Made by a program: the position numbers and the translations under genes
Shown: one piece after another, positions 7,427-16,416 of the stretch
Numbering within the stretch: position 1 is the first letter of the stretch
Layout of the letters: the number at the start of each line of letters is the position of its first letter
The notes under the pieces: model-generated
Seen by the model: the letters and a program-made list of their open reading frames with translations, nothing else
What the model was told of the DNA's origin: nothing
Database searches by the model: none
NCBI GenBank assembly: GCA_964012805.1
Contig: CAXGUD010000063.1
Span: 1-18,188 of the forward strand
DNA from: an uncultured Bacteriovoracaceae bacterium
Lineage (GTDB): Bacteria > Bdellovibrionota > Bacteriovoracia > Bacteriovoracales > Bacteriovoracaceae
Reading direction: 5' to 3'
Length of the DNA: 18,188 nucleotides

Positions 7427-8863
7427 CTATTTTTTGTTACTTTTAATGACTTCCACTCGAATGGAATTTGAAGAGCCCTTAGAGAAAAACTTCCCTTCAC
7501 CCCTTGTAAAAACAATCTTGTCCCCACTTTCGAGCCCTAGATCCTCTTTTATCATATAAACAACGTCATTTTGGAGGCCAAGGTTATCTTCATCGTAATC
7601 AGTTAGGTAAAAAGGATGGACTCCCCAGTAGAGGCATATCCTACGCACCGTTTCAATGTTATTGGTAATCCCTAAAACAGGAGTTGAAGGACGAAACCTG
7701 GACATCCTCAAACAAGAATTCCCACTTTCAGTCACACTTAAGATCCTCTTGGCCCCTACTTTTTCGGCCACAAGAGAAGCCGACAGCATAACAGCTGAAT
7801 CGACGTGGGAAAGGTCCATGTCTTTCAATTGGGGCCTTGGTTTTGGCGTTTTTTCTGCTTCCTTAATAATAGAAGACATCATTTTGACTGCCTCAACTGG
7901 AAACTTTCCAGAAGCCGTCTCTCCACTTAGCATTAGAGCATCTGCACCATCCCAAATGGCATTGGCAACGTCACTGGACTCCGCTCTCGTTGGAGTCACA
8001 TGAGAAATCATAGATTCAAGCATTTGTGTCGCCGTGATAACAGGGACTCCACGGTCATTACACTTATTAATAATTTCTTTTTGGATTGAAGGGACCAAGT
8101 GGTTCCCAACCTCAACACCCATATCACCTCTCGCCACCATAATGACATCGGCTACCTCTAATATATCGTCGAGGTTTTCAACGGCTTGAGGCTTTTCAAT
8201 TTTGGCGACAATAGGGATATGGAGGTGGAGTTTGTGAAGAATATTCATAACGTGAAGAATATCCTCTCTCTTCCTTACAAAGCTAAGGGCCACAAAGTCG
8301 ATACTTTGAGTCAGGCCAAACATGAGGTCCTCATGATCCTTTTTCGTAAAACTTGGAGCACTCACGTTAGCATCTGGAAGGTTTATACCTTTATTTGATT
8401 TAAGTATTCCACCCACTTCAATTTTTATTTTATAAACGTCCCTGTCCCTTTCAACAGCTTTGGCCGTAATATAACCATCATCAAAAAGGATTCTTGTTCC
8501 GTCTTCACAGTCATTAACAAGGTCTTCGTAAATTGTAGGTATAAAACAGTCTTTATATTCAGGATAACTATCTTTTTGATCACTATGACCTATGACCCAC
8601 TCAGAACCATCTTTTAAATCAAGAGGCTCTGGTAATTTATCGACTCTAATTTTAGGTCCCTGAAGGTCTAAAAGGACCGCAACTTCTCTATCCACAAGTC
8701 GGGAAGCTTCTCTGATATTTTTAATAGTTTGTTCATGCCCTTCATGGCTCCCATGACTCATATTGACTCTGGCCACGTTTAACCCGGCCCGGATAAGTTC
8801 TGCAATTTTATCAACGCTATCCGAGGAAGGACCCAACGTGCCCACTATTTTGGCCTTTCTCAT
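7427..8863 (-). CDS. pyk: Pyruvate kinase
   Basis: KIVGTLGPS, ARVNMSHG, DLQGPKIR, IVAKIEK, MVARGDMGVE, TATQMLESM, DALMLSGETA motifs. Confidence 0.98.
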   Translation of the reverse strand: MRKAKIVGTLGPSSDSVDKIAELIRAGLNVARVNMSHGSHEGHEQTIKNIREASRLVDREVAVLLDLQGPKIRVDKLPEPLDLKDGSEWVIGHSDQKDSYPEYKDCFIPTIYEDLVNDCEDGTRILFDDGYITAKAVERDRDVYKIKIEVGGILKSNKGINLPDANVSAPSFTKKDHEDLMFGLTQSIDFVALSFVRKREDILHVMNILHKLHLHIPIVAKIEKPQAVENLDDILEVADVIMVARGDMGVEVGNHLVPSIQKEIINKCNDRGVPVITATQMLESMISHVTPTRAESSDVANAIWDGADALMLSGETASGKFPVEAVKMMSSIIKEAEKTPKPRPQLKDMDLSHVDSAVMLSASLVAEKVGAKRILSVTESGNSCLRMSRFRPSTPVLGITNNIETVRRICLYWGVHPFYLTDYDEDNLGLQNDVVYMIKEDLGLESGDKIVFTRGEGKFFSKGSSNSIRVEVIKSNKK

Positions 8864-8977
8864 TAAAACTTCCTTCTTTCAATTAGAAAAAGATACTTTA
8901 AGACCCTTTTTCTACTCAATTCTATTAAAAACCGCAAAGTTTACCACTCTTTTTCGAATTGACCACCCCTTGACCCA

Positions 8978-10066
8978 TCATAAATCTTCATCAATTAAAT
9001 CGGTAAACACTTTAATCGGCTGAGCGCCAGTCACCATTTTTCCATTAACAAAAAAGGTCGGTGTTGATCTTACACCCACAGCTTTTCCATCTTCCATATC
9101 GGCCTTCACTTGTGCTGTGTAACGTCCAGCTTCTAAACACTTTTGAAAAGGTCCTTTTTTGAGACCTAACTTCCCAGCTGAGTTAATGAGGTCCTCTTTC
9201 TTAAGGAGGTTTTGATTTTCAAACATGTGATCATGAAGCTTCCAAAAGAGCTTTTGCCCCTGCTCATTGGCACAAAGTGAAGCTTCCGCTGCCACTTGAG
9301 CATGCTTGTGAAAAGGAAGGGGAAAGTTTTTAAACACAACTTTCACTTTATCCCCATACTTTTTCTTAATCTGTTTTATGAGAGTTGCACCCTTGGCGCA
9401 AAAGGGACATTGAAAGTCTGAAAATTCAACTAGGGTTACCTTAGCGTCCTTATTTCCTTGAAAAGGAGCTTTTCCTGTTTCAAGTTTAAAAACTGGCCTT
9501 TTTGGCTTAGGTAAAACAACTGAGATAAGTCCACTTTTTTGACTACTTTCAAGCCATTCATCAATTAACTCCTTTTTCTTTAAATGGCCCAAAAATTTCT
9601 TTATCCTATCTTTTGTATGATCATTAACTTGAGTCGCTGGAATATTCCTCTCTTTGATGAAGGCCTTTATATCGGACTCTGTTGGTTTTCCTTTTCCTTT
9701 TAAAATATATTTTTCAAGATATTGATCGTTACTCAACCCCATTTTCTTAGGGTCACTCTCCATTAGCTTTTCTAAAATAAGACCCTTCAACCTCTCTCTT
9801 TGAATTTCATAAACCTTCATCCTGGCCTCAAAAAGGTCACTTTCAATTCCCTTTTCAAGTTCAGCATTCGTGATTTTTATACCTTTTACCTCAGCAACGA
9901 CAGAAGGAGTTCCCGACACCTGAACAGAAACTTTTTTAACAGGACCATTTGAAGCATTACTGTTTTCATTGTGACAAGACCAAAGAAAGATCAAAAATGT
10001 GAAAAACAGAAAGGAAGGAGTTACTCTACCAAACGTCTTTAAATACCTTTGCATACTAAGCTCCAT
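8978..10066 (-). CDS. DsbA/thioredoxin-fold lipoprotein with N-terminal SurA-like helical region
   Basis: EFSDFQCPFC active site, FKNFPL, GVRSTPTFFVNG cis-Pro loop, lipobox-like FLWSC and VVAEVKG-x2-IT N-terminal pattern. Confidence 0.88.
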   Translation of the reverse strand: MELSMQRYLKTFGRVTPSFLFFTFLIFLWSCHNENSNASNGPVKKVSVQVSGTPSVVAEVKGIKITNAELEKGIESDLFEARMKVYEIQRERLKGLILEKLMESDPKKMGLSNDQYLEKYILKGKGKPTESDIKAFIKERNIPATQVNDHTKDRIKKFLGHLKKKELIDEWLESSQKSGLISVVLPKPKRPVFKLETGKAPFQGNKDAKVTLVEFSDFQCPFCAKGATLIKQIKKKYGDKVKVVFKNFPLPFHKHAQVAAEASLCANEQGQKLFWKLHDHMFENQNLLKKEDLINSAGKLGLKKGPFQKCLEAGRYTAQVKADMEDGKAVGVRSTPTFFVNGKMVTGAQPIKVFTDLIDEDL

Positions 10067-10127
10067 GGCAAAAAGGTGTTAATAATTTAAAGGATCGTCT
10101 TATTTTAACGATGTTGTGAAAGGTCTA

Positions 10128-11924
10128 TCAAGGTGAGAGCGTCATTTCTTCAATGAATTCTTGGTAAACTGGGCTATCTTTTAGGAGCTCAAAATGCTTG
10201 CCTGAAGAAACTAGTTTTCCTTCCTCTAAGACTAAAATAGTATCGGCTTCCATAATTGTTTCAAGGCGATGGGCAACAATAAAAGTGAGTGATTGTCCTT
10301 GAATAAGAAGGATCACTTCTCTTAAGGCACTTTCCAGGTGGGAATCTAGGCCAGAAGAAATTTCGTCAAAAAGAACGATGGTCTTTTTCAGATAGCAAGA
10401 TCTAATAGCGCAAATAAGTTGGTTTTGTCCAAGTGATAAGGACTTGGGGCTTATTTCATCTTCTGGTGCAATTCCCCAACTTTTTAAGTAAGGAATTTTT
10501 TCTTCAATCCATGTCCAAAAAGTATCAAAGTCAATAGGGTTAACTTCTTTTCCTAAATCAGTCAGGGTAATATTGAATCTTAAGCTTGCGGAAAAAATAT
10601 GGGAGTCTTGAGAAACAATTCCGACTTGTTCCCTATAGGTAGAAAAAAGTTCTTTATTATTTTCACTTAAAAAAAGATCATCTTCTTTTTTCTCTCCCTC
10701 AAAAGAGAGGTGGCCCTTTTTTAAAATAATATGCCCAGAAATAATATTAAGGAGGGTTGACTTTCCCGACCCTGACAAACCAACTACACCAATCAATTCT
10801 CCTCTTTGAGCCTTAAAGCTTATTTCTTTTAGAGAAAAAATTTCTTCAGCTTGATTCACATTCCTTGATTGATCATTGGAATAACTAAAATGGGGGACAT
10901 TCACGCCAAGAGCCTTAAAGCTTCTTTCCTTACCTAGCTTTCCTCCCCTCTGAGAAACATGACCTTTTTCCAGATCATCTGTAAATTCACCAATTCTATG
11001 AATTCCTGTTGCTGCCCTTTGAATGTTAGCAATTTTTCCAGCGATACTTTTTATGGGGTTAATAGACCTTTGAATAGACTCCACGAGGGCCAAAATGATA
11101 GCAGCTTCTGTAATTTTAGAGTATGGAAAGATAACGACAACCATAGCAAGAAAAACTGGATAAAGGGATTCTGCTAAAGAGTAATAACCAGCATCCCAGA
11201 CATTGGCCTTTAATTGCTTTTGAAGGAAGTCGTTAAAACTAAACTCGCTCGTTTTACTCGCATAGTTTTGATGATCAGTGTAGTACATCTCTTTAACTCC
11301 ACCCACCACATTGGCCACACTTTGTCCGACTTCTCCCTTGGCTTTTCTGACGCTATGGAAGACATTCCTCATATATTTTCCACCCCAAATAAGACCGAAA
11401 CTTGCCACGACCTCGCATATAACTAGAGCGGTTCCCGTAATTTGGCTAATTCTTACAAAGCTAATAAGAAAGGAGAAAACAAAGCAGACATCAATGAAAA
11501 TGGCCAAAGCACCTGAGGTAATAAGCTCCCTAATGGCCTGGGTATCACTCATTATTCGAGCAATAATTTCACCTTGGGGATATTCCCTTTCTGCCTGAGA
11601 CTCACCCTTCGTCTCAACGTGAAGGAGCCATTTTTCAAAGACAGTATTCCTCGTCTCTGCAATGACCTGTTTGATATATTTATTAAGACAAAGTTGGTAA
11701 ACCGCCCTAGTTCCGTAAATAGCAAAGAGGTAAAAAGTAAACTCACTCATCGTTTTAAAAAAGAGTTCTTCGTTCTCATAATGGCGAGGAAAATCAATGA
11801 GGAGTTCAGGAATCCTCATTCCTAAAAAGGCAGAGAGCCCAAGGCATACTAGGATAATAGCAAGGACTGGATAAACTGCCTTAAAAATAAAAAATTTAGA
11901 CCATTTGTTTTTCGAAATATTCAT
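10128..11924 (-). CDS. ABC exporter half-transporter (TMD+NBD), subunit B of a heterodimer
   Basis: TM helices with GEIIARIMSD, Walker A GLSGSGKST, Q-loop SQD, degenerate signature LSLGQ, Walker B IVLFDE, H-switch VAHR. Confidence 0.9.
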   Translation of the reverse strand: MNISKNKWSKFFIFKAVYPVLAIILVCLGLSAFLGMRIPELLIDFPRHYENEELFFKTMSEFTFYLFAIYGTRAVYQLCLNKYIKQVIAETRNTVFEKWLLHVETKGESQAEREYPQGEIIARIMSDTQAIRELITSGALAIFIDVCFVFSFLISFVRISQITGTALVICEVVASFGLIWGGKYMRNVFHSVRKAKGEVGQSVANVVGGVKEMYYTDHQNYASKTSEFSFNDFLQKQLKANVWDAGYYSLAESLYPVFLAMVVVIFPYSKITEAAIILALVESIQRSINPIKSIAGKIANIQRAATGIHRIGEFTDDLEKGHVSQRGGKLGKERSFKALGVNVPHFSYSNDQSRNVNQAEEIFSLKEISFKAQRGELIGVVGLSGSGKSTLLNIISGHIILKKGHLSFEGEKKEDDLFLSENNKELFSTYREQVGIVSQDSHIFSASLRFNITLTDLGKEVNPIDFDTFWTWIEEKIPYLKSWGIAPEDEISPKSLSLGQNQLICAIRSCYLKKTIVLFDEISSGLDSHLESALREVILLIQGQSLTFIVAHRLETIMEADTILVLEEGKLVSSGKHFELLKDSPVYQEFIEEMTLSP

Positions 11925-13578
11925 ATGTTTTACTTTTTGATCCTAAATGAAGAAGCCTTTCAGTTTCTCCACCCTCAATAATTCCCGTCTCTTTCTCAAA
12001 AAAGAGAAGCTCATCACAAAAGCGCACGGTAGAGATTCTATGAGTCGAAAGGATAAGAGTCTTTTTTCTTAGAATCTCCAATTCTTTTAATTTTTCAACA
12101 ATTTCTTTTTCTAACAAAACATCGATTGAGGAAAAAGGGTCGTCCCAAATAAACCAGTCTGCACCACTTAGAAGGCTTCTTACAAGACAAAGCCTTTTCG
12201 CTTGCCCTCCGCTTAATCTTTTACCATGTTCGCCGACTTTCAGCTTAAAAAGCTCTTCTCTTGTTGGCGCTAAAAAATCGAGACCAAATAAAGTTAAAAG
12301 GTCGTATCCTTCCTTTAATTCATTTTCATTGGGTGTTTTTCCAAGAAAAATATTCGCCAACAAAGTATCGTTATAAATATAGGGGCTTTGTGCAACCAAA
12401 GAAACTTTCTCACCTTTATTTCTTAATATGTGAGCCGCCTGAAAAAGCACAACGCTTTTACCACAACCAGTGTTTCCTATAAGAGCCGTCCACTTATTGG
12501 GATCCACCTTGAAAGATAATTTCTCTTCCCAAAACTTGACTGAGAAAGTGCCTTCATCCCAAAGTTTTCCTTCAGTTATTCCTGATGGGTTTTCATTTTT
12601 AAGAAAAACCTCTTCATCTGTTTCTTTTTTCAAATCAACCAAAAGCTCATCAATTCTTCCCCATGCAGCAAAGGAGCTGACAAACACAATCCCAATCCAT
12701 GAAATGAAGTGCAAAGGTTCAAGAAAAAGAAAAGCAAAACCAGAAAAAAGGACTAAAGAAGTGGCACCAAGCCCTTCAGAAAAAATGACGTAGGAACCCC
12801 AAATAAAAGAAAGACCAACACCCAAAGGTATCAAGGGAACGGAAAAGGATATCGCGACACCAGCTTTGTAAGATGAAAGGAGTTCTTTAAATGACTTATC
12901 TTTAAAGAGGCTTAAGAAGCTCTCCTCAGCGTGATAGTTCTTTATTGTCTTTTTACCCTCGTAAACTTCCATGATGTAGTTTTGAACATCACCCTGGTAG
13001 TCCAATGCTTTTCTATGATGATGCCTGGTTTTTCCAACAAAAAAGATAAAAAGAAGAGAGCTTACAAGCATTGGAATAATCGCCCAAACTAGGTTTGGGC
13101 TAAATTGATAAATCTTGGGGACCAACACCAAAATAGCAAACGTAACATTTCCTAGTTGAAGAAGTGCAAAGCCTACGAAGGCCCTCATTTGCTCAATATC
13201 AGTATAGAGGACTTGAAATAATTGTCCTGAAGAATAATTTCCGTATCTTTGAGGAGCACTGTTTTCAATCCTCTTTAAAATATCCATCCTCATATTTTTT
13301 TCAAAAACACGGGCGGGGTAGAAAAACAAAAGCCTTGAAGAAGTTCTAAAAGTTATTATTCCCAAAGCAACCCAAAAGAAAAGTGAGGTATCAATAGAGC
13401 CACTTTTATCTTTGACGAGGTCTGCAAGCTCCTTGGCCATAAAAGGTAACTCACTAGATATGCTATGAGTCAAATAAAGCATGACGAGGGCCCCGATGTA
13501 ATAGGGCCAGAAGTTTAGAAATTGCTGTAGGAGGACTTTTCCAAGACCGTCTTCTAATCTTAGTTTCATGAGGTCCAA
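11896..13578 (-). CDS. ABC exporter half-transporter (TMD+NBD), subunit A of a heterodimer
   Basis: TM helices, Walker A GNTGCGKS, signature LSGGQ, Walker B WFIWDD (Asp for catalytic Glu), STHR. ATG 13569 is an alternative start. Confidence 0.9.
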   Translation of the reverse strand: MDLMKLRLEDGLGKVLLQQFLNFWPYYIGALVMLYLTHSISSELPFMAKELADLVKDKSGSIDTSLFFWVALGIITFRTSSRLLFFYPARVFEKNMRMDILKRIENSAPQRYGNYSSGQLFQVLYTDIEQMRAFVGFALLQLGNVTFAILVLVPKIYQFSPNLVWAIIPMLVSSLLFIFFVGKTRHHHRKALDYQGDVQNYIMEVYEGKKTIKNYHAEESFLSLFKDKSFKELLSSYKAGVAISFSVPLIPLGVGLSFIWGSYVIFSEGLGATSLVLFSGFAFLFLEPLHFISWIGIVFVSSFAAWGRIDELLVDLKKETDEEVFLKNENPSGITEGKLWDEGTFSVKFWEEKLSFKVDPNKWTALIGNTGCGKSVVLFQAAHILRNKGEKVSLVAQSPYIYNDTLLANIFLGKTPNENELKEGYDLLTLFGLDFLAPTREELFKLKVGEHGKRLSGGQAKRLCLVRSLLSGADWFIWDDPFSSIDVLLEKEIVEKLKELEILRKKTLILSTHRISTVRFCDELLFFEKETGIIEGGETERLLHLGSKSKTYEYFEKQMV

Positions 13579-13696
13579 TATAGTTTATATATTGTGCACG
13601 GACAAATCACCTTTACACTAAAAACGACAAAAATTAGCTCTATTTCGTAAATAAAGAGTGTTCGAGGCGTTATTTTTCACCAAAAGGTCCACCTAT

Positions 13697-13725
13697 TTGA
13701 CAGTTCAACCTTCAAAGACTATAAA
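13697..13725 (+). promoter_or_regulatory. Sigma70 promoter of tRNA-Val
   Basis: TTGACA (13697-13702), 17-nt spacer, TATAAA (13720-13725), about 50 nt upstream of the tRNA. Confidence 0.75.
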
Positions 13726-13776
13726 TCTCTACCACAAATCATTTCACTTTTGATTTTGGATCTCGAATCTATCTAG

Positions 13777-13853
13777 AGGAGTGTAGCTCAGTTGGTTAGA
13801 GCGCTACGTTGACATCGTAGAGGTCCCCAGTTCGAATCTGGGCATTCCTACCA
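13777..13853 (+). tRNA. tRNA-Val(GAC)
   Basis: Acceptor AGGAGTG/CATTCCT, D-arm GCTC/GAGC, anticodon stem CTACG/CGTAG with loop TTGACAT (GAC at 13811-13813), T-loop TTCGAAT, encoded CCA. Confidence 0.97.
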
Positions 13854-13975
13854 TTACCGAACCAAATAAATTCTTCTAATTACTCACTCTATACATTGAA
13901 AATGCCCCAAAATAAAAGCTTTTGCTGGTTCGGGAACTGAATACTTACAATTTTGAACGTGCTTTTTTTCAAAAT

Positions 13976-14004
13976 AGGTTAGGAAAAACAAAGTGCCTTT
14001 TTTA
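13976..14004. repeat. 29-bp direct repeat, copy A
   Basis: AGGTTAGGAAAAACAAAGTGCCTTTTTTA, 27/29 identical to 15992-16020. Confidence 0.85.
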
Positions 14005-14015
14005 AAATTAAATAC

Positions 14016-15978
14016 TCATTTTAATTTTCCAGGTTTTTGGTGGAGGTCAGTATATTTAATAACTATAGTTGAGATACAAGAAATTTCTCTCCAAGCCTCA
14101 TTTCCTCCAGGTCTTGAAAATGTTCCTCCTCCTCCAGTCCAGGAGGATAAAAATCCAGCAGAACTCGAAGAAGATTCTGTACTTCCTTTTTTTGCCTTTG
14201 GAAATTGTTTTGAAGATATCCCATATAAATGATTCCATCTAGTAATTTGTTTTTTTTAATCCAAGTGCCAATAAATAAGGTGTCATATCATTAGAAAAAT
14301 ATGGTTCTTTTTTAGAAACCTCTTTTTTTAGAAAGTGCCTAGCTTGTTCAATTTTTTTTCTAATTTTAATTCTTTCTTTACTACTTTTACTTTTAGCTTT
14401 ATTGAACATACTACTTAATATAGTTAATTTGACGAACACTGCAGCTGGAATAAAGAGATGGTTTTCTGTATTTAATAAAATAAAATATAGGTGGATAAAA
14501 AACCCATATATAGCAACAATGTAAAAAAACCGCTTGTAGACTTTTTTGGATAAACTTATATTTCCTTTTAATTTATTTCCATACAAATAAATAGCGAATA
14601 GAATTACCCAGATTTTAATATCAATAAAAAAAGGTGGGAATGAATGAGTCAAGGCCAAACCTAAAATTAATAGTAAGCCTGCAACAAAAGAAAAGGAAAA
14701 AGTCCTTAGGTAGTAATTAATTGAAATATTTTCATTTTTTAGTTCGGGGTGTAATTTTGCCAAATCCTCAATGTTCTCATTTAATTCTTCTAAAATGGGT
14801 TTTTTATAATTGAAAATATGGTATCTTTTGATTTCATTTATAGTTACAGGAGCATCACCATTTATAAAAAAGTAATCTTTTATAATAACTTCTGTGCCTT
14901 TAAATTCTGAAATAGGTATCAAAGGTATTATTGTTATTACTTTTCTTCTAAACCAACTTTTTGACTTTTCTACTTTAATATCTATTTTATTATTACTAAT
15001 AAGTTTAGTTAAAATAACCATCACTTCATTTTTATCAATTTTTCCGTCCCAAACTGAAGCGACAAGCTCAGGCGGATAAATTTTAAGATTATTTTCAATC
15101 CAATTAGGATTGACATCATTGAATTTTTCTTCAATGAATCTATTTATTTTTTCTTCATGATTAATTAAATCCAAAAAGAAACGATGTATAGAGAAGATAA
15201 ATATAAAAAACAGGAATAAGCCGGTTAAGTATAAGTACTTCCCTCTAAATTTTTTTATATAAGGGAGGCCCTTTTTTACAGGAGTGACTTGCTCCAATCC
15301 TAGCTTTTTAATTATGTCAGGTTTTAAATAAAATGAAAGTTCAAATTTATCATCAACATTTAAATTATAAGAAAAGTATCTACCCTTTCCCTTTAAAGGG
15401 TTTTCCCACACATCATGAAAACTTATTTCAACATTTAATTTTAGAGTTTTTGAATAACTTTCGAGATAACCAGGACCACTTGTATTACGATCGAAAGGTG
15501 GATGGATAGCAAAATTATGCTTAAGATAATAATCAGAATCAATTTTGGTAATAACACTTTCGAAAATATAGTATATTCGATATCTTTTTACCTCATAGAC
15601 AAATTCTTTTTCCTCTGGGAAGGGGCGCTAAATGTATTGCCCTTTATTCCAAATCATATATTGGTTTACTTTACTAAGGTCTCCATAAGTTAAAAGAGTC
15701 CATGAATCATTTGAAGGGTTATACACTTCAAATTTTTTAAGTCTTATATCCTTATTTCCTGGTAAATGGAAAAAACGTGTAACACTATCAAAATTGCCCT
15801 TGAAAAAAGCTACTAACTCTTCTTTAATTTCAAGTTCACCCTTTTTATTTAGAAAAGCTTTTACCTTTATATCTTGCCAAAAAAATTCTCGTGCTTGGCA
15901 ATTAAAACTTAATGAAAAAAGTAAAATTATTGTTGCATATTTCAAAATTTTCCTTGATATATTTTTATAAATTATCAT
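14016..15978 (-). pseudogene. DUF2207-like predicted membrane protein, disrupted by an in-frame TAG and a frameshift
   Basis: The 116-aa and 390-aa ORFs are in the same frame, separated only by TAG at 15628-15630 (reads on as RPFPEEKEFVYEVKRYRIYY...FHDVWENP). Removing one A from the A8 run (14250-14257) extends PYLLALGLKK into QITRW...SSSSSAGFLSSWTGGGGTFS...W to TGA at 14016-14018, restoring about 653 aa. The N-terminal GELEIKEEL...F-x-G and the Ser/Gly tail fit DUF2207. Confidence 0.8.
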
Positions 15979-15991
15979 TTAAAACTTCTTA

Positions 15992-16020
15992 AGGTTAGGA
16001 AAAACAAAGCGCTTTTTTTA
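15992..16020. repeat. 29-bp direct repeat, copy B
   Basis: AGGTTAGGAAAAACAAAGCGCTTTTTTTA, first 18 nt identical to copy A, 2016 bp apart. Confidence 0.85.
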
Positions 16021-16098
16021 TCAAAGCTACATCGCTCATTAATCAAATATATTGCCAAAAAACTCAATATTGAAATTGAAAAGACTACCAGCGCGTCC

Positions 16099-16260
16099 CT
16101 ATTTCGCAACATACGCAATGTAAGAATAGTCAGTATCACAACAGTCATCGTATTCGTTTTGATATTCAAATTCGTGGTACTCATTAAGACTCCCACTTTC
16201 TTTTTCAGGTGGCATAATCTCGGCCATAGCTAATGAAGATTTATTGTTTTTATCATCCAT
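16099..16260 (-). CDS. Unannotated 53-aa acidic Tyr/Cys-containing small protein or gene remnant
   Basis: ATG 16260 to TAG 16101-16099: MDDKNNKSSLAMAEIMPPEKESGSLNEYHEFEYQNEYDDCCDTDYSYIAYVAK. Lies directly downstream of an extended -10 promoter. Confidence 0.4.
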   Translation of the reverse strand: MDDKNNKSSLAMAEIMPPEKESGSLNEYHEFEYQNEYDDCCDTDYSYIAYVAK

Positions 16261-16279
16261 TGGTCACCAACCAGGTGAC

Positions 16280-16307
16280 ATTATAACAAAGTACAATATT
16301 TAATCAA
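16280..16307 (-). promoter_or_regulatory. Sigma70 promoter with extended -10
   Basis: Minus strand TTGATT-N16-TATAAT with TG at the extended position (TGtTATAAT, 16288-16280). Confidence 0.55.
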
Positions 16308-16374
16308 AAGTATTGAGAAGAAACTCGTTTCTTAAAAATAATGTTCCTTTCATTTTTTTTGCAATTAGAATTAA

Positions 16375-16383
16375 TGGTATAAT
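16375..16383 (+). promoter_or_regulatory. Extended -10 promoter of the substrate-binding protein gene
   Basis: TGgTATAAT 33 nt upstream of ATG 16417, with a GAGG SD in between. Confidence 0.55.
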
Positions 16384-16416
16384 CACCACCTAGTACAACA
16401 CTAAGAGGTTTTAAAA

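Noticed and set aside
8884..8914. TAGAAAAAG/CTTTTTCTA inverted repeat upstream of pyk
   Set aside because: AT-rich 9-bp stem that is plausible by chance in this composition, with no further support.
3433..13349. Small ORFs nested in or antisense to the kinase-cyclase, queG, pyk, DsbA and ABC genes
   Set aside because: Shadow frames of long motif-bearing CDSs.
13993..14232. 79-aa plus-strand Pro-rich ORF
   Set aside because: Antisense shadow of the frameshifted Gly/Ser-rich tail of the DUF2207-like gene.
14239..15978. Treating the 390-aa and 116-aa ORFs as two independent genes
   Set aside because: They are in the same frame, separated by a single TAG, and the intervening 72 codons are open and protein-like.
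13976..16020. Integron attC/attI, dif/pdif or CRISPR interpretation of the 29-bp repeats
   Set aside because: No RYYYAAC...GTTRRRY palindrome, no XerC/XerD box match, only two full copies 2 kb apart, and no intI or cas genes in the window.
15628..16101. Amber (TAG) codon reassignment in the accessory region
   Set aside because: TAG terminates intact genes here (queG, pyk), no suppressor tRNA is present, and TGG-to-TAG transitions explain the cases more simply.
15975..16196. 73-aa hydrophobic minus-strand ORF
   Set aside because: It runs across direct repeat B and overlaps the promoter-proximal 53-aa ORF in another frame, with no recognisable motif. Not fully excluded, since its stop overlaps the next ATG.
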